In this document: one piece after another, positions 1 to 6,691 of the stretch | Layout: each line of letters begins with the position of its first letter | Position numbering within the stretch: the stretch's first letter is position 1 | NCBI RefSeq assembly: GCF_007748075.1 | Contig: NZ_CP036280.1 | Span: 1,950,001-1,982,000, forward strand | Reading direction: 5' to 3' | Source of the DNA: Mucisphaera calidilacus | GTDB lineage: Bacteria > Planctomycetota > Phycisphaerae > Phycisphaerales > Phycisphaeraceae | Length of the DNA stretch: 32,000 nucleotides | The notes under the pieces: generated by a model | Databases searched by the model: none | What the model saw: the letters and a program-made list of their open reading frames with translations, nothing else | What the model was told of the DNA's origin: nothing | Program-made: the position numbers and the translations under genes

Positions 1-1
1 C

Positions 2-1579
2 CCGCTGATCGGCTCGCGGAGTTACGCGAGCGAGTACGACACGCTGCGTCTGCATGAAGTGTTGCGCGGGCGGAACGTGGTGCTGCTGCTGGACGGTCAC
101 TGGCATTCGGCGCAGGTGCGCAGGTGGCATCAGTATGACTCGGTGTGCGGCGGGAGCACGTTCGGGAAGAACACGGGCTACAACATCATCTCGATTCAGG
201 ACGGGATGCTGCGGGTGGCGTATCGGTACAAGGAGGACCCGCTGGGGATGGACGGCCTTGTGGAGAAGCGGATTGACGCGGAGCCGGCGTATCTCAAGAG
301 TGAGTTGGTGATTCCGGCGTCGACGCGTCATGGCGAGGCGGTGCGTGTGTCGCTTCGTGTGACGGGTGGTGATCGGGTCACGTCGGCGCGGCTTCGTGTG
401 GACGGTGATGTCGAGGGCATGCTTGCGCTGGAGCAGGAGGGCGCGTCGTGGTCGGGTGTGATCGAGACGTCGTCGATGGTGCCGGGTCGTCACTTTCTGG
501 CGATCGAGGCGGAGCGTGCGGACGGCGCGGTGTTCACGCGGGCGGGTGAGTTCTTCGTGGAGCCTGATCCGGGTGTGATGCGTGTTGAGCGTCGTCAGTT
601 GGTGTCGGGGGTCAAGGCGGGGATGATCCCGCTGGATGACGGTGTGATGCTGGCGAGTGTGGATGGCGCGATCTACCAACTCGGCGAGGACCTTCGCGTT
701 CGTGTGGTGATGGGTCAGGGTGGGCAGATCGTGCATGGTTTTGCGGGGACTGAGGATCGGCTTTTCTATGGCCGGGACTCGGGGTACATGCAGAGTTCGC
801 GTTACCCGACCGTGAAAGAACGCATGGGCTGGATGAAGAATCTGAATGAGCCTTTGTACGCGCCGGCGGTCGTTGCGGACGGGGTGGTGTATGTGGGTGA
901 TGCGTCGGGTCGTGTGCACGCGCTGGACGCGACGAACGGCGAGCCGATCTGGAAGACCAAGGTTGCGGCGTACGGGATCGAGGCGGCTTGTGCGGTGACG
1001 GATGAGCTGGTGATCGTGGGTGCGTGGGACGGTTTTATTCACGCGTTGGACCGTGAGACCGGCGAACAGCGGTGGAGCGTTTGGAACGCGAAGGGCCAGA
1101 CGGACCGCAAGAGCCGCTACTACGGGCCGGCGGACAGTGCCCCGGTGGTGATGGGCGAGAGGCTGTTCGTGACCGATCGCGGTTACGTGCTGGGCGCGTA
1201 CACGCTGGAGGGCGAGTTCGAGGGCGTGGTGATGGAGGGGATCACGGCGATCAGCCGGAGTGAGGATGGCGAGCACTTCTACGGCCGTGGCTTGTCGGAC
1301 CGGGTGATGAAGTTTGATGCCGAGGGCGAGGTGGTGTGGGAGGTTGAGGTGCCTGCGGGTCGTCTGCCGGTGCCGGCTACTGAGCGTGGCGGGCGTGTGG
1401 CGGTGACGTCGAACGATGGTCTGCTGAGTGTGCTGGACGCTGAGGACGGCTCGCTTGTGGCGCAGGTGCGTGTTAGTCCCGGGCTGTACGTTCAAGCACC
1501 GGCGGCGATTGATGCCGCGGGCAGGGTTTATGTGGCGGACCTGGACGGCGTGGTCACCCGGGTGACGCTGGCCGAGTGA
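2..1579 (+). CDS. Metallophosphoesterase C-terminal part, then an Ig-like spacer and a PQQ-like (BamB-type) beta-propeller; 5' partial
   Basis: The frame of ORF 59..1579 stays open back to nt 2 (PLIGSRSYASEYDTLRLHEVLRGRNVVLLLDGHWH), so the GTG at 59 is not the start. VVLLLDGHWH resembles the GHxH motif of calcineurin-like phosphoesterases. Repeats such as VVADGVVYVGDASGRVHALDATNGEPIWK, LVIVGAWDGFIHALDRETGEQRW and RVAVTSNDGLLSVLDAEDGSLV are typical PQQ-like propeller blades. Confidence 0.75.
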   Translation, partial: PLIGSRSYASEYDTLRLHEVLRGRNVVLLLDGHWHSAQVRRWHQYDSVCGGSTFGKNTGYNIISIQDGMLRVAYRYKEDPLGMDGLVEKRIDAEPAYLKSELVIPASTRHGEAVRVSLRVTGGDRVTSARLRVDGDVEGMLALEQEGASWSGVIETSSMVPGRHFLAIEAERADGAVFTRAGEFFVEPDPGVMRVERRQLVSGVKAGMIPLDDGVMLASVDGAIYQLGEDLRVRVVMGQGGQIVHGFAGTEDRLFYGRDSGYMQSSRYPTVKERMGWMKNLNEPLYAPAVVADGVVYVGDASGRVHALDATNGEPIWKTKVAAYGIEAACAVTDELVIVGAWDGFIHALDRETGEQRWSVWNAKGQTDRKSRYYGPADSAPVVMGERLFVTDRGYVLGAYTLEGEFEGVVMEGITAISRSEDGEHFYGRGLSDRVMKFDAEGEVVWEVEVPAGRLPVPATERGGRVAVTSNDGLLSVLDAEDGSLVAQVRVSPGLYVQAPAAIDAAGRVYVADLDGVVTRVTLAE

Positions 1580-1604
1580 GGCTGGAGTCGGGCTCAAAGA
1601 AATA

Positions 1605-1632
1605 CCCCCAGGCCCCTTGACGGGCCCGGGGG
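1605..1632. terminator. GC-rich hairpin between convergent genes; candidate bidirectional terminator
   Basis: CCCCCAGGCCC (1605-1615), loop CTTGAC, GGGCCCGGGGG (1622-1632). This is an 11-bp stem with one A/C mismatch. It lies between the stop at 1579 (+) and the stop at 1665 (-). No clear U-tract. Confidence 0.45.
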
Positions 1633-1664
1633 CGGAACACGGTCGGTGTCAGCGAACGTCGTGA

Positions 1665-3038
1665 TTAGCGACGACGCAGCATGGCGAGACAGCCCAGACC
1701 GGTGAGGGCGAGTGATGCCGGCTCGGGGACGACGTCCCAGGTGGCCGGGCGGCTGGCGAAGCCGTCGATGAACTCGTTGTGGCCGGCGTAGAAGGGGCCG
1801 AGGAGTTCGGGCTGCGCGTCGAAGTTGACGACGTTGTCGTTGTACATGGCGACGCCGTTCTCGGCATCGATGGAGAGGCGGGCCCAGTCGGCGTCGACGC
1901 CGGTGAGGTCGAACTCGGCGAGGATGTCCCAGGTGCTGTTCTGGCCGCCGTTCTTGGCGTCGACGAGGTAGAGGAAGACGTCGACTTCGCTGCGGGAGAT
2001 GAGCCAGGCCAGGCCGGTCGAGCCGTTGATGCCCGAGCCGACGCTGAGGCGGCTGGCGGGGTCGGGGACGTTGAAGAAGATGCCGGAGTTACCGATGCCG
2101 AACATGGTGGACTCGGCGGAGGGGTTCGCGCCGCCACGGAGCGGGGTGGGGTTGGTGTCGATGTAGGCGTAGATGTCGAAGCCATCGACGAGTTCGTTGG
2201 AGGTGGCGAAGGTGCCGCCGAAGTCGGCCATGGCGATGGCGTTGCCGCCCTGCGGTGAAGCGGGGATGGCGGTGGGGTTCATCGCGGAGACAACGGTGGG
2301 GTCGATGACCTCGGGGTTGATGTAGGAGGCGGTGTAGTCGCCGGTGAGGGTGGTGCCGGTGGCGAGGCCGTCGACGTCGGGGACGTTGTGGCTGACGACC
2401 TGGGGGAGGTTGTTGGAGGCACCGGGTGTCTGGGGGAGCTGGCCGAAGTCGTAGCCGTTGACATCGGTATCGACGCCGTCGAGGTAGCGGCTCATCGACT
2501 GGCCGACGCCGACGCCGGGGACGAGGCTCTGGCTGGCGTAGATGCCGCCGCCGAGCTGTGCACCGATGACGGGATCTGTGGTGGCGATGCCCTTGGAGGT
2601 CTCGAAGGCCACGGCGTCGATCAGGGCGCCGGCCGCGTCGTAGAGCTCAACGGTCTCGTTGCGGTCTTCCATGTAGCCCTGGTCCTGCGACGCGAGGCCG
2701 GAGGCGGGACGGGGAAGCGGGGTGTAGTCGACGTTGGGGACGTTGGCCGAACCGACGACGAAGTAGCCGCCCGCGGGGATGATCGAGCCGGCGGGGAGGG
2801 GGTAGTTGGGGCCGGCGCCGAAGGGGTCGCGGGTGTCGAGGACCCAGCCGGAGAGGTCGACGTCGGCGGTGCCGGCGTTGTAGAGCTCGATGAACTCGCC
2901 GTCGGGTTCGGACGAACCGCTGTTGTCGTTGACGTCGAGGTCGTAGAGGACCTCGTTGACGTAGACCTGGGCGTCGGCGTTGGCGCCGAAGCCCATGAGT
3001 GCTGCGATGAGCAGGGTTGAAGTGGTGACGCGTTCCAT
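1665..3038 (-). CDS. Secreted lamin-tail-domain (LTD) protein with C-terminal PEP-CTERM sorting signal
   Basis: Has an N-terminal signal peptide (TLLIAALMGFGANADA). LTD signature: VYVNEVLYD...EFIELYNAGTADVDLSGWVL ... SMSRYLDGVDTDVNGYDFG..TPGASN. C-terminus VPEPASLALTGLGCLAMLRRR is PEP motif, TM helix and basic tail. A strong SD (AGGAGGA) sits about 8 nt upstream of the ATG at 3038. Confidence 0.85.
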   Translation of the reverse strand: MERVTTSTLLIAALMGFGANADAQVYVNEVLYDLDVNDNSGSSEPDGEFIELYNAGTADVDLSGWVLDTRDPFGAGPNYPLPAGSIIPAGGYFVVGSANVPNVDYTPLPRPASGLASQDQGYMEDRNETVELYDAAGALIDAVAFETSKGIATTDPVIGAQLGGGIYASQSLVPGVGVGQSMSRYLDGVDTDVNGYDFGQLPQTPGASNNLPQVVSHNVPDVDGLATGTTLTGDYTASYINPEVIDPTVVSAMNPTAIPASPQGGNAIAMADFGGTFATSNELVDGFDIYAYIDTNPTPLRGGANPSAESTMFGIGNSGIFFNVPDPASRLSVGSGINGSTGLAWLISRSEVDVFLYLVDAKNGGQNSTWDILAEFDLTGVDADWARLSIDAENGVAMYNDNVVNFDAQPELLGPFYAGHNEFIDGFASRPATWDVVPEPASLALTGLGCLAMLRRR

Positions 3039-3097
3039 TTCTCGAATCCTCCTGTGGGGTTACGGATGCGGGCGACATTGCCCTGGGGTGAACAAGA

Positions 3098-3125
3098 CCC
3101 GGGTGACGCGTTGGCATCACCCGGG
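3098..3125 (-). terminator. Perfect 9-bp hairpin just after the stop of the upstream LTD paralog
   Basis: CCCGGGTGA (3098-3106), 10-nt loop, TCACCCGGG (3117-3125). On the minus strand it starts 8 nt after the stop codon at 3134-3136 and is followed by TCTTGTTCAC, a weak U-tract. Confidence 0.45.
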
Positions 3126-3133
3126 CGTGTGGG

Positions 3134-4783
3134 TCAGCGGCGGCGGATCAGTGCGAGGGCACCGAGGCCGATGAGCGCAGCCCCGGCGGGCTCGGGTGTC
3201 TGTGTGGTTTCGAAGTTGGTGGCGAGGATGGAGAGGTCGAGGAGGTTGACCAGTCCGTCTCCGTTGAAGTCGCCGTCGGCGTTGGTGTAGGGGGTGTCGG
3301 TTCCGTCGAAGTTGGAGGCGAGGACGGAGAGGTCGAGGAGGTTGACGAGGCCGTCGCCGTTGGCGTCGCCGGGGAGGCTGACGACGGAGCTGACCATGTC
3401 CCAGGTGGCGGGCCGGGTGGCGCGGCCGTCGACGAACTCGTTGAAGCCGACGTAGAAGGTGCCGAGGAGATCGGGCTGTGCGTCGAAGTTGATGATTTCG
3501 TCGTTGTAGGTGGCGACGCCGTTCTCGGCATCGATGGAGAGACGTGCCCAGTCGGCGGCTTCGTCGGTGAGGTCGTACTGAGCGAGGATGTCCCAGGTGT
3601 CGTAGTCGCGTCCGCCCTGCTTGGCGTCGACGAGGTAGAGGGTGGCGTCGACGTCGGTGCGGAGGAAGAGCCAGGCGAGGCCGGTGGAGCCGTTGACGTT
3701 GGATCCGGTGGCGCCGAGCTTGTCTTCGGGGTCGGGGATGTTGAAGTTGGCGTCGGTCGTGCCGATGCCGAACATCGTGGATTCCTGCGGCGTGTTGCCG
3801 TCGGCGCGGGTCACGACGGAGGTTTCGAGGTAGGCGTAGATATCGATCTTGTCGACGAGTTCCTGGCCGGCGACCATGGTGCCGCCGGAGGAGTCGGAGA
3901 CTGCGATGGCGTTGCCGCCCTGGGGTGAGGGGACGATGACGGTGGGGTTGAGGGTGGAGACCACGGTGGGGTCGATGACGGTGGCTGCGACCCAGGACTC
4001 GGTGTATTCGGTGAGGGTCGCGCCCTCGGCGAGGCCGTCGACGTCGGGGACGACGTGTTGTGGGACGGAGGGGAGTGCGTTGGGTGCGCCGGGGGTGGCC
4101 TTGAAGGCGCCGAAGTCGTAGCCGTTGACGTTGGTGTCGTGGCCGTCGATGTAGCGGCTGACGGAGATGTTGCCGTCGGCGCGGATGGACTGGAAGTTGC
4201 TCCAGAGGCCGCCGGGGACGGTGGAGGCGGAGGGGTTGGTCTCGTCGATGTCGGGGCCGGCACCGATTTCGGCGAAGACCTCGGCGGGGATGAAGATCTG
4301 GTTGGCGTCGGCGCCGCTCACCCACTTGTTGACTTCGTAGCGGACGGCATCCTGGAGCACGCCGGTGTTGCTGTAGAGTTCGATGGTTTCGCTGCGGTCC
4401 TCGAAGAGCCCCTGCTTGGCCTGGCTGCCGTTGCCGTTGGGGGTGTTGTAGTAGGGGGTGAGGACCTGATCGACGTTGGGGACCGAGCCCCAGCCCATGA
4501 CGTAGAAGTCGCCGGCGGCGAGGGTGGTGCCTGCGGGGATCTCGAAGGAGGCGTTGAGGCCGCTGAGTCCGTCGGAGTCGACGGTGTCCCAGGCGTCGAG
4601 GGTCCAGCCGCTGATGTCGACGGGGCCGTTGCCGGCGTTGTAGAGCTCGACGAACTCGCGGTTGGTGTCCTCGGCGTCGTAGTTGTTGGTGTCGTAGATA
4701 AACTCGTTGATGACGACCTGGCCGCTGGCGGCGGAGGTCGAGAGGGCGAGTGCGAGCGCGAGCAAGGAACGTGTCTTGAGCAT
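3134..4783 (-). CDS. Secreted LTD protein with two dockerin-like Ca-binding repeats and PEP-CTERM; paralog of 1665..3038
   Basis: Signal peptide SLLALALALSTSAASG. LTD motif VVINEFIYD...EFVELYNAGNGPVDISGWTL ... VSRYIDGHDTNVNGYDFG..TPGAPN. Dockerin-like repeats DANGDGLVNLLDLSVLASNFDG and DFNGDGLVNLLDLSILATNFE. C-terminus TPEPAGAALIGLGALALIRRR. SD GAGGAG upstream of the ATG at 4783. Collinear with 1665..3038 along the whole length. Confidence 0.85.
   Translation of the reverse strand: MLKTRSLLALALALSTSAASGQVVINEFIYDTNNYDAEDTNREFVELYNAGNGPVDISGWTLDAWDTVDSDGLSGLNASFEIPAGTTLAAGDFYVMGWGSVPNVDQVLTPYYNTPNGNGSQAKQGLFEDRSETIELYSNTGVLQDAVRYEVNKWVSGADANQIFIPAEVFAEIGAGPDIDETNPSASTVPGGLWSNFQSIRADGNISVSRYIDGHDTNVNGYDFGAFKATPGAPNALPSVPQHVVPDVDGLAEGATLTEYTESWVAATVIDPTVVSTLNPTVIVPSPQGGNAIAVSDSSGGTMVAGQELVDKIDIYAYLETSVVTRADGNTPQESTMFGIGTTDANFNIPDPEDKLGATGSNVNGSTGLAWLFLRTDVDATLYLVDAKQGGRDYDTWDILAQYDLTDEAADWARLSIDAENGVATYNDEIINFDAQPDLLGTFYVGFNEFVDGRATRPATWDMVSSVVSLPGDANGDGLVNLLDLSVLASNFDGTDTPYTNADGDFNGDGLVNLLDLSILATNFETTQTPEPAGAALIGLGALALIRRR
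3211..3370 (-). repeat. Two imperfect 64-nt direct repeat copies starting 96 nt apart, encoding the two dockerin-like repeats
   Basis: cgaagttggtggcgaggatggagaggtcgaggaggttgac... at 3211 and cgaagttggaggcgaggacggagaggtcgaggaggttgac... at 3307. The shared exact 21-mer ggagaggtcgaggaggttgac is at 3230-3250 and 3326-3346. Confidence 0.8.
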
Positions 4784-4969
4784 CCTGATATCTCCTCAGT
4801 GAGTGCTTGCGGGCGGAGTGGACAACGGCAGAACATCGCCGGGTCCCGGGGGTGTTATGAAAATTATGCAGAGGATGTTCAGATATAACCACGAGTGAAT
4901 TCGCGATTTTTGATACGGAATTGACCCTTTAACTGATCTCTAACGTTAATATTGTGATATTCTCAACTC
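4784..4969. promoter_or_regulatory. AT-enriched divergent control region between the LTD gene (-) and the AraC regulator (+)
   Basis: A 186-bp non-coding gap whose 3' part is much more A+T-rich than the flanks (aaaattatgca, agatataacc, cgatttttgatacgg, taacgttaatattgtgatattctc). It holds TTGACC (4921-4926) and TAATAT (4947-4952) hexamers, though 20 nt apart, and TGATAT-type repeats at 4786 and 4955. Confidence 0.4.
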
Positions 4970-5830
4970 ATGGAACCGTTACTCGAGCATCTGACGCCGA
5001 CGCCCCAGTCTTCGTTTCGCCTGTACACGCGCGTGGATGATCACTTTTCATTCGAGTGGCATCACCATCCGGAGTACGAGTTGACGCTGATTCTGGAGGG
5101 TTATGGTCGCCGTTTCGTGGGCGATTCGATTCACGGGTACGAGGCGGGTGACTTGGTGCTGATCGGCCCGTATCTGCCGCACACGTGGCAGTCGGACGAA
5201 TCGTCTTCGGACAACACGGCGGTGGTGATCCACTTCACGGAGGCGTGGGTGAAGCAGGGTGTGGGGAGTTGGCCGGAGTTGCAGTATCTGGCGCGGATGC
5301 TGGATCGCTCGACACACGGGCTGCTGTTCGATGAGCGGACGCGTGCGCGTGCGGCGGAGGGTCTCAAGGCGTTGTCGTCGATGTCGGGGCTTGGGCGTCT
5401 GGCCCGTCTGCTGGAGGTTCTGTACGGGTTGGCGAGTGACCCGAAGGCACGGACGATCGCGTCGCCGGGGTATCGCCGTTCGTCGCGACCGATTGACCCT
5501 CGGATTGATCGGGTGTGTCGTTTCGTGAATGACCGGATCAACGAGGAGCTGACCCAGCGTGAGGTTGCGGCGATGATCCGGATGAAGCCGACGAGCTTCT
5601 CGCGTCTGTTCAAGCGTGCGATGGGCAAGACGTTTATTGAGTACGTGCATGAGCTGCGGATCGCGAACGCGTGCCGCGGCCTGGTTGAGTCGGATGACCC
5701 GATCACGGACGTCTGTTTCCGTTCGGGCTTCAACAATGTTTCGAATTTTAATCGTGTGTTCCGGAGGCTGGTGGGCGTGAGTCCGCGAGCGTATCGACGA
5801 CAGTTCCACGAGCCTGCGGCGCGTGCGTGA
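4970..5830 (+). CDS. AraC/XylS-family transcriptional regulator with N-terminal cupin sensor domain
   Basis: Cupin-like N-terminus (FEWHHHPEYELTLILEGYGRRFVGD...GDLVLIGPYLPHTW). C-terminal AraC double HTH (LTQREVAAMIRMKPTSFSRLFKRAMGKTFIEYVHELRIANACRGL...ITDVCFRSGFNNVSNFNRVFRRLVGVSPRAYRR). Confidence 0.9.
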   Translation: MEPLLEHLTPTPQSSFRLYTRVDDHFSFEWHHHPEYELTLILEGYGRRFVGDSIHGYEAGDLVLIGPYLPHTWQSDESSSDNTAVVIHFTEAWVKQGVGSWPELQYLARMLDRSTHGLLFDERTRARAAEGLKALSSMSGLGRLARLLEVLYGLASDPKARTIASPGYRRSSRPIDPRIDRVCRFVNDRINEELTQREVAAMIRMKPTSFSRLFKRAMGKTFIEYVHELRIANACRGLVESDDPITDVCFRSGFNNVSNFNRVFRRLVGVSPRAYRRQFHEPAARA

Positions 5831-5848
5831 AGCACGGAGAGGAAGAGC

Positions 5849-6685
5849 ATGAATCTGACCATGGAATCAGCGGCACTGACGGAGGCGTTGGATCAGCCCT
5901 TTGCGCTGAGCGCGACGCATCTCGAGCGCTTCGCGAAGTTCGGTTACGTCAAGATCCCGGGTGTGTTGTCGCCTGAGTTGCTGGAGGCGGTCCGCGAGCC
6001 GATCGGGCGGGTCGTGCAGGCGAACAACAAGCATGCGGGTGTTCCGATCGAGGAGCGTGACACGTACGGCAAGGCGTTCATTCAGGTGACGAACATCTGG
6101 GAGCAGAGCGAGGAGGCCAGGCGTTTTGTGATGGGCAAGCGTCTGGGGCGCATCGCGGCGGAGCTGCTGGGTGTTGCCGGTGTGCGTCTGTACCACGATC
6201 AGGCGTTGTACAAGGAGCCATCGGGCGGGATCACGCCCTGGCATCTGGATCAGTACTACTGGCCCCTGGCGACCGACCGGACGGTGACGGTGTGGATTCC
6301 GCTGGTGGAGATCCCGATCGAGATGGGTCCGCTGAGTTTTGCGGCCGGCAGTCAGGAACTGGATTTTGGTCGCGACATGGCGATCTCGGATGACAGCGAG
6401 ACGGCGTTGCGTGACGCGTTGGAGCGTGAGGCTTATCCGGTGGAGGCGTCGGCCTACGCGCTGGGTGAGGTGTCGTTCCACCTTGGCTGGACGGCGCACC
6501 GCGCGGGTCCGAACCGTGGCGAGCGTGCGCGTGAGGTCATGACGATGATCTACATGGACCGCGACATGACGCTCATGGAGCCGAAGCACGAGAACCAGCG
6601 GCATGACCGCGAGGTATTCTGCCCGGGTATTGAGGTGGGTGCGGTGTGCGACAGCCCGAAGAATCCGATTGTCTATGAGGCGTGA
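5849..6685 (+). CDS. Phytanoyl-CoA dioxygenase (PhyH)-family Fe(II)/2-oxoglutarate oxygenase; substrate unknown
   Basis: FAKFGYVKIPGVL start typical of the PhyH family. HxD facial-triad motif in ITPWHLDQYYWP, distal His in FHLGWTAHRAGPN. SD GGAGAGGAAG upstream. Starts only 18 nt after the AraC stop. Confidence 0.8.
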   Translation: MNLTMESAALTEALDQPFALSATHLERFAKFGYVKIPGVLSPELLEAVREPIGRVVQANNKHAGVPIEERDTYGKAFIQVTNIWEQSEEARRFVMGKRLGRIAAELLGVAGVRLYHDQALYKEPSGGITPWHLDQYYWPLATDRTVTVWIPLVEIPIEMGPLSFAAGSQELDFGRDMAISDDSETALRDALEREAYPVEASAYALGEVSFHLGWTAHRAGPNRGERAREVMTMIYMDRDMTLMEPKHENQRHDREVFCPGIEVGAVCDSPKNPIVYEA

Positions 6686-6691
6686 GTCTGG

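Noticed and set aside
3117-4892. Long alternative-frame and antisense ORFs with Arg/Pro/Ser/Thr/Gly-rich translations. Examples: 3117..4892 (591 aa), 7098..8477 (459 aa), 8146..9567 (473 aa), 11441..12907, 16806..18611 (601 aa), 19593..21683 (696 aa), 29487..31952 (821 aa).
   Set aside because: They overlap genes with unmistakable family motifs in another frame. Their composition (poly R/P/A/G/S, no hydrophobic cores, no motifs) is what stop-poor off-frames of very G+C-rich DNA produce. None has an SD or independent support.
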